Shown piece after piece: positions 25,937 to 33,510 of a DNA stretch of 50,270 bases. The position numbers and the translations under genes are program-made. The stretch comes from a virus (taxonomy: Duplodnaviria > Caudoviricetes). The notes below the pieces were generated by a model. That model searched no databases. It saw nothing but the letters and a program-made list of their open reading frames with translations, and had not been told where the DNA came from. The stretch covers positions 1-50,270 of the IMG/VR virus record IMGVR_UViG_3300044260_000061. The stretch is one strand, 5' to 3'. Numbering within the stretch: the first letter of the stretch is position 1; each line of letters begins with the position of its first letter.

Positions 25937-26601
25937 TTGAACCTCACCGCCGCGCCGAAGGTGCCGGTGTAGGCGCCAGGCCCCACGGCCAGGGAGCCGA
26001 TGGTCGCGACGCGATCGTTGATCGCGACCTGCCAGACGAACGTCCCGGCGACGCCGCGGAGGGCCTGGTTCTGGCCGGCGACGCCGTAGATCCATCCTCC
26101 GGGCCATGACGCGCGGAAGCCGACGCCGGCCGTGATGCGCTTCGGCAGCGTGGGGGCGACCCCGGCGTCGTTGTGCTCGAGCGCGACGGCGCCGCCGATG
26201 GCGGCCGCGGGGCCGAGCACGACTCTCCCCGGGAGCCGCAGCGCGTCGTAGGCGCTGGCGACGTGGACCTCGATGGAGCGCACGGTCTGCCAGTCGCCCT
26301 GGACGTACTCGCCTGGAATCCCGGTGGCATCGCCCCGCGCGGCGTAGCGCCAGCCGTGGTATCGCACCTCGGCCTGGAGACGGCCCCCGACGAGGTCGCG
26401 CGGTGCTGCCCCGCCGGGCGTCCAGGACCGCTCGGTCAGAAGCCAGCCTTCGACTCCGAGGCACGGCGTCGCGAGGGGGTCGCACGGCGGCTTCGGGGCT
26501 GGCGCTGGCGCCTCTTGCGCGCCGGCCGCGCCGGCGAGGGTAAGGCAGACGCCGATGGTCCAGGCCCAGGCCCAGAAGCGCCGCCACCGTGAACCCGCCA
26601 T
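25933..26601 (-). CDS. outer-membrane beta-barrel protein (222 aa)
   Basis: ATG 26601 after GAGGAGG; signal ending AGA|QE; alternating amphipathic strands; C-terminal YTGTFGAAVRFK resembles a BAM beta-signal. Confidence 0.7.
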   Translation of the reverse strand: MAGSRWRRFWAWAWTIGVCLTLAGAAGAQEAPAPAPKPPCDPLATPCLGVEGWLLTERSWTPGGAAPRDLVGGRLQAEVRYHGWRYAARGDATGIPGEYVQGDWQTVRSIEVHVASAYDALRLPGRVVLGPAAAIGGAVALEHNDAGVAPTLPKRITAGVGFRASWPGGWIYGVAGQNQALRGVAGTFVWQVAINDRVATIGSLAVGPGAYTGTFGAAVRFK

Positions 26602-26617
26602 CAGCGGACCCTCCTCG

Positions 26618-26808
26618 GCTCGCGGGCTCCGCTGGCGCGACGCCTCGTCGAGTCGGCGGGCGCCAGACGGCGGCGCCATGTGCCGCAGCCATGCGGCTCG
26701 ACTCCGAACGACGCAGCGCCAGCGGAGGCTGCGAGCATGAAACGACGGGGGCGGGGAGGAATCACGGCGGCGCGAGGTCCCCCCCGCCCCACCCGGCAAG
26801 AGCCCGGG
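26618..26808 (-). ncRNA. candidate structured intergenic RNA
   Basis: Nested stems GCTCGC/GCGAGC, CTCCGCTGGCGC/GCGCCAGCGGAG and GAGTCG/CGACTC close two internal hairpins; two more hairpins lie at 26748-26790 and 26792-26807. Confidence 0.45.
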
Positions 26809-26812
26809 CGGC

Positions 26813-27394
26813 TCACTTGCCACCGGCGAACAGCATGGGGTCGGGGATCGGGATGCGGCCGAACTGCACCTGGATCCGCTCGACGTAGTCGCGGACCTGG
26901 TGGTAGTCCGCCCACCGCCCGGAGACCGCAGCAGAGCGGTGGAACAGGTACCGCCAGCTCGGCTCCCAGGCCCACCACAACGGACCACCGTCCGTCTCTG
27001 CGAGCGCCAGGGCGCGCACGACGTAGCCCCTGCCGCAGTTGTACGCGGCGAAGGACCAGCGGAGCGCCTCGAGTCGAGACGGCACGCGCCCCTCGATGGC
27101 CTCGTACTGGCGGCGCAGGTACGTCACGCCGCCGTGGAGGTTCTGGGCCGGGTCGAGCGGATCGCGGACGCCGACCTCGTCGGCCGTCCCGGGCATGAGC
27201 TGCAGGAGCCCCTGCGCGCCGGAGGGCGAGACCGCGCGGGGGTCGCCGCGGCTCTCGGTGTGGACCTGGGCCTCGATCCAGCGCGCGCCGTCAGCGAGGC
27301 CGGGCCAGACGGAAACGACTGTCTGCTGGATGAGGGGGCGCCAAGCTGCTGCTCCGCTCGGCGGTATCAACCCCGGCCCGGCCGCTCCGCCCAT
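26813..27394 (-). CDS. endolysin, SLT lytic transglycosylase
   Basis: ES catalytic motif (HTESRGDPRAVSPSGAQGLLQLMPGTA) and AAYNCG. Start uncertain (27370-27496). Confidence 0.9.
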   Translation of the reverse strand: MGGAAGPGLIPPSGAAAWRPLIQQTVVSVWPGLADGARWIEAQVHTESRGDPRAVSPSGAQGLLQLMPGTADEVGVRDPLDPAQNLHGGVTYLRRQYEAIEGRVPSRLEALRWSFAAYNCGRGYVVRALALAETDGGPLWWAWEPSWRYLFHRSAAVSGRWADYHQVRDYVERIQVQFGRIPIPDPMLFAGGK

Positions 27395-27502
27395 CGCACC
27401 CCCACAGAGAGTCCGACTGCGCTCTCCGCGTTGGTACGACCGCGGCCCGGCGGCCTTCATCGCCCCCGCTGGCACTGCCGGGGGCTCGGGCTTCACGACG
27501 CG

Positions 27503-27733
27503 CTAAGTATGCGCTCCGCTGTCAAGCGCACGGCGCTCATACCGCTCCACGACCTCGATCGCCTCGATCCCTTCCGGCCCGACCTCGATGCGCACGACGA
27601 CGGGCACCCCGCGACCCAGGTTCCGCGCCCGGACCTCAGCACGGTCAAGCGCGGCCCCGAGAGCGCGCGTGCCGTCCGGGGGCAGGTGCGCCAGGCGCTC
27701 ACGGAGGCGCGTGTCGGGGCTCGGCTGGGTCAC
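27503..27733 (-). CDS. hypothetical protein (76 aa)
   Basis: GTGA-coupled start after GGAGG; normal composition. Confidence 0.55.
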   Translation of the reverse strand: MTQPSPDTRLRERLAHLPPDGTRALGAALDRAEVRARNLGRGVPVVVRIEVGPEGIEAIEVVERYERRALDSGAHT

Positions 27734-27879
27734 CAGGTCCTCCGGGGCTGCATCCGCAGCGCCTCCTCCACGTCGGCGAGCCGCCAGCCGTACCAGCGCG
27801 CCAGCAGCCGTACCGACCAGCCCCGCGCGAAGAGCCGGCGCAGCTTCGCGGGGGCGGCGCGGCGGCGCGGGCGCCTCAC
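27730..27879 (-). CDS. small basic HTH-like protein (49 aa)
   Basis: LFARGWSVRLLARWYGWRLADVEEALR; coupled at both ends. Confidence 0.5.
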   Translation of the reverse strand: MRRPRRRAAPAKLRRLFARGWSVRLLARWYGWRLADVEEALRMQPRRTW

Positions 27880-28352
27880 GCTCCGGACACCTCGACGACC
27901 GCGCCCTTCCTGTCCCGGAGGCGCCGCAGCGTAGCGATCGCGATCTCCAGCTCGTCGCGCTCTAGCTCGAGCGCAGCGATGACCCCGCTGTAGTCGATCC
28001 GCGCGACGGATTCCTCGGCGGGCGGGCCTGCCGGCCGGCCGCGCGGGAGAGCGCGTGCGTCGTGCCGCGCCTTGGCGCGGACTGGAGGCGCGGGCGCGAC
28101 GGCCCGCAGTTCCGGTGGCGGCGCGAACGTCGTCCGCTTGGCCCCGCAGGCCATGCACAGCCCGGTGTCGTCGTCCCACTCGTGATCCGGCCTCATCGGT
28201 CCGCGGCTCGGCTTGCAGGATGGCTCCATCGTCGTCGCTCCTCGGTCCTTCGGTGGACGGCCCGGACCGCCGGGGTGCCAGGGCTTGCTGCCCTTGCGCG
28301 CGGACTCCCGGCGTACCCTGGCCCGCGCCGCCGGATCCGCGTACGGGCTCAC
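27876..28352 (-). CDS. hypothetical protein with Zn-binding-like motif and C-terminal coiled coil (158 aa)
   Basis: HEW...CMACG and DYSGVIAALELERDELEIAIATLRRL. Confidence 0.55.
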   Translation of the reverse strand: MSPYADPAARARVRRESARKGSKPWHPGGPGRPPKDRGATTMEPSCKPSRGPMRPDHEWDDDTGLCMACGAKRTTFAPPPELRAVAPAPPVRAKARHDARALPRGRPAGPPAEESVARIDYSGVIAALELERDELEIAIATLRRLRDRKGAVVEVSGA

Positions 28353-28903
28353 GCGCCGACCCCGAGCAGCCCGCGCTGCTTCCCGCGATCGCCGGCCAAC
28401 GTCCGACGGCCGAATTCAGCCAGGCAGAGCGCATCGGCCATGCCGTCGTGGGGCTTGCGGCTTCGCGGTGTTGGCAGAAGCGAGACCGCGGGGAACAGGC
28501 GCCGAGCGAGCCAGATGCTCCGCGCCTTCGTGTCGGCGCCGGGGATGCCCTCGAGCAGGGCACGCTGCCAAACCTGCGGCGGCACGGCGAGCTGGCACCC
28601 TGGCGGCAGCGAGGCGAGCAGGCCGCGGATGATTCCGCATGCGAGGCCCCGGCGGTGGTTCCCGATGCCGCCGCCCATCGCCTTGCCATCCGCCCGTGTC
28701 GGCGGAAGCGAGCCGAGCTTCTCGTAGACCACGAGCCCGAGTCCCTGGGTCCTGTCGATCAGCTTTCGCAGCTCGAACTCGTCGTAGTCGTCGCGCTCGC
28801 GGTCCGGAACGAGCGGCATGAGCTTCACCGAAGCCGCGCCCGTGGCGGTGTTCAGCCAGGCGAGGGCGCCCCGAAGACCGGGGTCGATCGCCAGGATCAG
28901 CAC
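28349..28903 (-). CDS. RuvC-like Holliday junction resolvase (184 aa)
   Basis: ILAIDPGLRGALA, VYEK, VPPQVWQ, K...ARRLFP and HDGMADALCLA motifs. Confidence 0.85.
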   Translation of the reverse strand: MLILAIDPGLRGALAWLNTATGAASVKLMPLVPDRERDDYDEFELRKLIDRTQGLGLVVYEKLGSLPPTRADGKAMGGGIGNHRRGLACGIIRGLLASLPPGCQLAVPPQVWQRALLEGIPGADTKARSIWLARRLFPAVSLLPTPRSRKPHDGMADALCLAEFGRRTLAGDRGKQRGLLGVGA

Positions 28904-29289
28904 GTCTCCCCCGCGCGGTTCGCTCGCACTCGACGCCCGGCGACCACCCCACATGCCGTCGCGAGGTCGTCGTGGCCCCGAGGCCGGTCCAGCGGCGTCG
29001 CCCATCGCGCGGTGTCGTCTGGCGGACGGCGCGCGTGGGGCCGATTGAACGGGACCAGGACCTGGAGCTCCGCGGAGAACGTGCGCTCGACGGCGCCGAA
29101 CCGGCAGCGGACGGCGCGAACGCGCGTCTCGCGCCCGGTGCGCTCGTCGACGTCGACGACGTAGCCCCAGTCGGCGACGGTCCCATGTGACCTGCTGATC
29201 GCCGTCTCGAACTCCTCGCTGATCCGCAGATCGCGGAGACGCACCGGGACGAGCGCGGGGCGGCGAGGATCCCAGAGCGGGGTCCTCAT
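28897..29289 (-). CDS. hypothetical protein (130 aa)
   Basis: ATG 29289 overlapping the upstream stop, GGAGG upstream. Confidence 0.55.
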   Translation of the reverse strand: MRTPLWDPRRPALVPVRLRDLRISEEFETAISRSHGTVADWGYVVDVDERTGRETRVRAVRCRFGAVERTFSAELQVLVPFNRPHARRPPDDTARWATPLDRPRGHDDLATACGVVAGRRVRANRAGETC

Positions 29290-29861
29290 GCACGGGCCCT
29301 CCGCCGCGCCTTCTCCGCGCGGAAGTCGGAGACGGCCTTCGGCTCCTCGACGGCTCCGACGTCGACCTGGGCCTCCGCCGGCGGGACGTAGCCCGCCTCG
29401 ACCGGCGCACCTTCCGCCGGCCCGTCGTCGGCCGGCCCTTCGATGAGCCAGCACTCCGGGTCGGCGCAGGCCACGGCCACCGCGTGCTCCCCGTCGCACT
29501 TCACGCGCGCAGGTTGCGCGTCGACCCCGTGGATCGGACAGGTGGGCGACTTCACGTCCGCTTGCGGCCCGCCCTCGCAGGTGCACGCCGCGGCCGCGAC
29601 GTCGTGCAGCGCCTGGGCCGCCTGCTCCGCCGGGAACGTGAGGTCCATCTGGCGCCGCTCCTCCGCCCCCTCGCGCAGCACGTTGCCGTGCTCCTGCAGC
29701 CTAGCCTCGAGGGCCTTGATCTGCTCCCCGAAGACCTCGGCCTGGTCGGCCTTCTGCCGCTTCACCGCGGCGATCTCCGCGAGGAGGCCCGCCATGATGT
29801 CCGCGCGCTCGGCCCGTTCCTCGACCGTCAACGGCACCCGGACTGTCGTCTCGTCGCTCAT
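29286..29861 (-). CDS. hypothetical protein, coiled-coil N-terminus and Cys/His motifs (191 aa)
   Basis: VPLTVEERAERA... coiled coil; CTC...CPIHG motif; RBS GGGAG. Confidence 0.6.
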   Translation of the reverse strand: MSDETTVRVPLTVEERAERADIMAGLLAEIAAVKRQKADQAEVFGEQIKALEARLQEHGNVLREGAEERRQMDLTFPAEQAAQALHDVAAAACTCEGGPQADVKSPTCPIHGVDAQPARVKCDGEHAVAVACADPECWLIEGPADDGPAEGAPVEAGYVPPAEAQVDVGAVEEPKAVSDFRAEKARRRARA

Positions 29862-29894
29862 GCTTTCGCTCCCTATGGTCTAGATGGAAACCAG

Positions 29895-30680
29895 CTACAG
29901 CGTCCCGTCGTGGAGTGTTGCTGGATCGCGGGCCCGGACCATGATGCGGAGAGGACCGGAGTGCCCGAGTTCTATGAACGCCCGCTTGATCTGGTCGTGG
30001 TACTGGCCCCGCACCCACCTCTTCGCCTCGGAACTCGGCGCTGCGATCACGAACGTCTCCCCATCCCAGCCATCGGCCTCAAGGCCTCTCACCCAGGTCG
30101 CGAAGCTCTCCTGTGGGATGACTCCACTGAGCCGTAGCCGTACCGCCTCGAAGAGTTGAACTGCGTCCACGTGCTCTGGGTGGGTGGGCGCCCCGGGGCC
30201 GCCGGCGGGCGCCGAAGGTGCCGCCGTGGCTGGCTCTGGCCCCGGCTCTGGATACTGGCTCTGGCTCTGGCTCTGGATACCGGCAACGGCACCGGCGGGT
30301 GTGCCCTCCGGGCACCCTTTGGGCTCCCCCCGGGCGCCCTGTTGCGTAACTCGCACAATCTCCTGACCTTTACGGGCGACCTTACGCCTCACGTAGCGGT
30401 CGGAGTGCTCGTGCCAGTCGTGCACCACGAGGCGGTGCCCTTCCACCTCGTCGAGCCAGCGGCAGGAGATCAGAGCCTCGACCATCGCGCCGGGTTCGCC
30501 CTCCCAGCCGCATGCGCTCTCGATCGCCGGGTCGGGCCACCGGCCGATGTCGCCCGCCGGAGCGTAGACCGAGGCGAAGTGCCAGAGCATCTCGAGGTGT
30601 CCGACGGCCTGGGCCCTGCAGATGCCGAGCTTTTTCATGAGGGCGGCTGTCTTGGGGTGTTCCGGAGTTCCACGAAGCAT
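29895..30680 (-). CDS. phage replication initiator with C-terminal DnaA N-terminal-like domain (261 aa)
   Basis: N-term HPKTAALMKKLG...AVGHLEMLWH...VHDWHEH (phage initiator wHTH); low-complexity linker; C-term SFATWVRGL...FVIAAPSSEAKRWVRGQY resembles DnaA domain I. Confidence 0.75.
   Translation of the reverse strand: MLRGTPEHPKTAALMKKLGICRAQAVGHLEMLWHFASVYAPAGDIGRWPDPAIESACGWEGEPGAMVEALISCRWLDEVEGHRLVVHDWHEHSDRYVRRKVARKGQEIVRVTQQGARGEPKGCPEGTPAGAVAGIQSQSQSQYPEPGPEPATAAPSAPAGGPGAPTHPEHVDAVQLFEAVRLRLSGVIPQESFATWVRGLEADGWDGETFVIAAPSSEAKRWVRGQYHDQIKRAFIELGHSGPLRIMVRARDPATLHDGTL
30225..30341. repeat. candidate replication origin repeats inside the initiator gene
   Basis: (CTGGCT)n hexamers, GGCTCTGGATAC twice, and 11-bp periodic CGGGCACCCTT/TGGGCTCCCCC/CGGGCGCCCTG. 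Confidence 0.45.
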
Positions 30681-30692
30681 CTGGCGCTTCCC

Positions 30693-31100
30693 TTAGTTCG
30701 GCAGTGGATGGTCGGCCTGTAACTCGGCCAGGATGGCTTTGGCGTTTGCGAGGTAACGCCTCACGCGCTCGATCGGCAGACACCGGACCCAGTCGACTAG
30801 CAGGCGGTCTTCAATCTCTTCGCCCCACTCGAAAGGGATCCCTTGCGACGTCAGGTATTCCTGGATGTCCGGCAACAAGACGAACCACTCCCCGCTCAGT
30901 CGACATTGGTCAAACCGCCGATGGATGTGTGTCTCAGTGCAGAAGGCCGTCTCTGGGATCGCGCCGAGAAGCTGCAGTGGGAAGGGGTTGCCCGTGGAGA
31001 ACGACGCCACACGGGCGACTGGGTTTCTAGCACGACCGATCTTGATGACCGCAGAGCCCCGCATCTGCGCGAAGTAGATGAACGTCTGTTCGCCACTCAT
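30693..31100 (-). CDS. GIY-YIG family protein (T5orf172/MUG113-like, 135 aa)
   Basis: IYFAQ...IKIGRARNPVARV...TGNPFPL...ETHIHRRF...GEWF; AT-richer than neighbours. Confidence 0.85.
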   Translation of the reverse strand: MSGEQTFIYFAQMRGSAVIKIGRARNPVARVASFSTGNPFPLQLLGAIPETAFCTETHIHRRFDQCRLSGEWFVLLPDIQEYLTSQGIPFEWGEEIEDRLLVDWVRCLPIERVRRYLANAKAILAELQADHPLPN

Positions 31101-31207
31101 GGTCTCCGGATCCTCCTGGCCGTGACGATGCTGTAGAGCGCGTCGAGGACGAGCGCCGCGACCAGGAGCGCGAGCACCTTCAGTAGCTCCGCGGCTGGCT
31201 CAGGCAT
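31097..31207 (-). CDS. tiny single-TM peptide (36 aa)
   Basis: Own translation MPEPAAELLKVLALLVAALVLDALYSIVTARRIRRP; fills the gap exactly and ends in an ATGA overlap. Confidence 0.6.
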   Translation of the reverse strand: MPEPAAELLKVLALLVAALVLDALYSIVTARRIRRP

Positions 31208-31468
31208 CTAGGTCTTCCCCGCCCGCACGAGATGCCGGTCTGTCCCGCCGCGCGCCGTCATCCGCTCGCGGGTCCGCAACTCCGCTTCGTGTACCTCGTC
31301 CACCGTGCCGACCCTCCGGGGCCACGGATGGCCAGCCTCGTGCCAGTGGCGAGAGCAGAAGCGGCGCCCGTCGACCACGGCGAAGAGCTGGTCCTTCGGC
31401 GGGGGTGGGTCGGGCGGGCAGGCGTCGCAGCCGGCGAGCACCTGCAGGAGCGGGGCTTCGGGCGTCAC
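31208..31468 (-). CDS. hypothetical Zn-finger-like protein (86 aa)
   Basis: CDAC...CSRH motif; GTGA coupling. Confidence 0.55.
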   Translation of the reverse strand: MTPEAPLLQVLAGCDACPPDPPPPKDQLFAVVDGRRFCSRHWHEAGHPWPRRVGTVDEVHEAELRTRERMTARGGTDRHLVRAGKT

Positions 31469-32019
31469 GTGGTCAGCCTCCGGTGGAGGCGCTCCACGCG
31501 GACGGCGGTGATCGCCAGGACCCGGCGCCGCCCGAGCTGCAGGGCGGGCTTCTGCGCGCCGAGCTCGCGCGCTATGCGGGCCTTCGTGTAGCCCTCGGCG
31601 AGGAGCTCGCGGACCCGGCGCCAAGTCGGGCCCGCCGGCACCCTCGCGCCGTCGGCGAGGGCCTGGCGGTCCACGGCCAGGATGCGGCGCTCCGTCGCTG
31701 CGCGGATCTGAGGGCGGCGACCCGAACGGACCTGCTGGATCACCGTGATCGCCACGCCCGAGGCCTCGCCTACGGCCCGGCGTCCCACTCCAGCGCCGCT
31801 CAGCGCCAGGAGGTGGGCGCGCGCGCGATCGGAGCACACGATGCCGTTCCACTCCCCCCGCTTTCGCGCGGCCAGCCGCTCGGTCTCGTACCGGCTGTTC
31901 GCTGCCCGGCACGGCACGCAGCGACAGCCGGAGATGTAGCGGAGGCGGGTGCCGTGCGGGCGCTCGGCCAGGCGTTCGCGCGTCGGGAGGCCGCGGGCCT
32001 GGACGAAGTCGGCGCTCAC
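31465..32019 (-). CDS. DNA-binding protein (HGT..GCRC..C zinc motif plus HTH, 184 aa)
   Basis: HGTRLRYISGCRCVPCRAAN followed by ARAHLLAL...GVGRRAVGEASGV HTH, a common phage family. Confidence 0.7.
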   Translation of the reverse strand: MSADFVQARGLPTRERLAERPHGTRLRYISGCRCVPCRAANSRYETERLAARKRGEWNGIVCSDRARAHLLALSGAGVGRRAVGEASGVAITVIQQVRSGRRPQIRAATERRILAVDRQALADGARVPAGPTWRRVRELLAEGYTKARIARELGAQKPALQLGRRRVLAITAVRVERLHRRLTT

Positions 32020-32117
32020 CGGTTGCCCCTCCCAGCCAGCCACGCCAGCAGCGCCACGAGGAGCCCAGCGAGGCCGAGGGCGACGATGCGGAACGGCCGG
32101 GTGAGTCGGCGTCTCAC
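32016..32117 (-). CDS. tiny single-TM peptide (33 aa)
   Basis: MRRRLTRPFRIVALGLAGLLVALLAWLAGRGNR; GTGA overlaps at both ends. Confidence 0.55.
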   Translation of the reverse strand: MRRRLTRPFRIVALGLAGLLVALLAWLAGRGNR

Positions 32118-32254
32118 CGCCGTCCCTGCATCCACCCGGGCGACACCTTGCCCTCCGGTGGCTGACGCTGTGTGGCCCCCGCGAGGAGCCACGGCAGCGC
32201 CCACAGCACGCCGGACGCGAGCAGTAGCGCCGCGATAAGCTGATCTGCGCTCAC
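32114..32254 (-). CDS. tiny single-TM peptide (46 aa)
   Basis: MSADQLIAALLLASGVLWALPWLLAGATQ...; GTGA overlaps at both ends. Confidence 0.55.
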   Translation of the reverse strand: MSADQLIAALLLASGVLWALPWLLAGATQRQPPEGKVSPGWMQGRR

Positions 32255-32340
32255 ATCAGGCTCCACATAAGTAGCGCGATCACGCACGCGGCACTGAGGC
32301 AGCAGAGCGCCAGCCCGAGGAGGCAGCCGCGGCGGTTCAT
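32251..32340 (-). CDS. tiny Cys-rich hydrophobic peptide (29 aa)
   Basis: MNRRGCLLGLALCCLSAACVIALLMWSLM; ATGA/GTGA overlaps. Confidence 0.5.
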   Translation of the reverse strand: MNRRGCLLGLALCCLSAACVIALLMWSLM

Positions 32341-33017
32341 GCGGCCCTCGTGGTTTCGTCCCCGATCCGGCCTCCGAAGACCAGGTCGAGGAACCAGAGC
32401 TGATCCACCCGAGCCAGCCGGTACGCCGTTGGATGAGAACGCAGGAAGGCGAGGACATCACGCTCGGTGAACATCCAGCGGTCGCGCGGATGAGTTCCCT
32501 GGTGCTCGGCGCGGAGCTTCCCCTGCTCGACGAGGTCGGTAAGACGGCGGTGGTCGATCCCGAGCGCCATCTCCAGATCGCGGAGGGAGTAGCCCTCGCG
32601 CACCCGCCGGCTCAGGTGCATGCGCTTGAGCTTCAGGACGACCGACGTCAGCGTGCGGCCGAGCTGCTTCGACAGCCAGTTCACATGCCGGGTCCCGGCG
32701 TGGGTCTCCAGGAACTGCACTTCGGCGGGCGTCCAGTCCTGCCAGGGCGCCCGCTCGCCGGCGAGTCCAAGCTCCCTTGCCCGCCTCTTCACGACCCAGC
32801 CCGGCCAGCCGAGGGCCTGGGCGATTGAGCACGAGCGGCCCCTCACCCGCGAGTCGTACCGTTCCCGGAGTAGGGCGTCACGCTCGGGCGTCCACTCGTA
32901 CTTCAGGCGCTTGCGCCCCCGGTGCTTCCAGCGACAGGAGGGGCAGAACCGGGCATGGCGGGCCTTGAAGCGACGACCGCAGTCCGCGCAGGCGCGCGGC
33001 GTGACGGGAGCTTTCAC
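32337..33017 (-). CDS. DNA-binding protein: Zn finger, two Myb-like WT..E repeats, HTH (226 aa)
   Basis: CADC...CPSC, WTPERDALLRERY, WTPAEVQFLE and YSLRDLEMALGI motifs. Confidence 0.7.
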   Translation of the reverse strand: MKAPVTPRACADCGRRFKARHARFCPSCRWKHRGRKRLKYEWTPERDALLRERYDSRVRGRSCSIAQALGWPGWVVKRRARELGLAGERAPWQDWTPAEVQFLETHAGTRHVNWLSKQLGRTLTSVVLKLKRMHLSRRVREGYSLRDLEMALGIDHRRLTDLVEQGKLRAEHQGTHPRDRWMFTERDVLAFLRSHPTAYRLARVDQLWFLDLVFGGRIGDETTRAA

Positions 33018-33226
33018 GCGCGGCCCCCGGCTGCAACGTCTCCCACGGTCTGAGGCGCTAGCAGCCTCCTTTCCGGCACCGCCGTCGTGCCACCCATCCC
33101 CAGGCCGGCAGCCACCGGCCCGCGCTCTTCCCGGGAAGTCTCTGAGTCCCGCCCGGGTCCACACGTCGGGCGCCGGCTTTCCAGTTCGCCGCCCGCTGGG
33201 GATGAGTCGCCCGACAGGTAGGTCAT
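33014..33226 (-). CDS. hypothetical protein (70 aa)
   Basis: Coupled at both ends; no motif. Confidence 0.4.
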   Translation of the reverse strand: MTYLSGDSSPAGGELESRRPTCGPGRDSETSREERGPVAAGLGMGGTTAVPERRLLAPQTVGDVAAGGRA

Positions 33227-33510
33227 GCGGCCTCCCCGCCGCCGTCAGGGGGGAGGCCGTCGAAGCACGCCTCTTCCTGCGCGGCCTCCTCGGCGCGGCG
33301 CCGGTCCTCGGCCTCGCGCTCCGCCTCTTCCAGCGACCGCTCCTCGGCCCGCTCGCGCTCCCGTCGCCCCTCGTCGTAGCCGACGGCCCAGGCGTCGTGC
33401 AGGGGCCGCTCGTTCTCGCGCAGCGTCGAGTGCGGGTTGTCGGTCGACCACCGGCTGCGCCGGCCCTCGTCGTGGGCTTCCTGCTCCTCGTGCGTCCAGT
33501 AGGTCGTCAT
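33223..33510 (-). CDS. hypothetical acidic protein (95 aa)
   Basis: ATGA coupling; NPH...AWAVGYDEG motif, then a charged helix. Confidence 0.6.
   Translation of the reverse strand: MTTYWTHEEQEAHDEGRRSRWSTDNPHSTLRENERPLHDAWAVGYDEGRRERERAEERSLEEAEREAEDRRRAEEAAQEEACFDGLPPDGGGEAA

Noticed and set aside
26601-26816. 71-codon ORF filling the endolysin-OMP gap
   Set aside because: Arg/Ala/Gly-rich with no motif, and the region is better explained by base pairing. Not fully excluded, because it is coupled at both ends.
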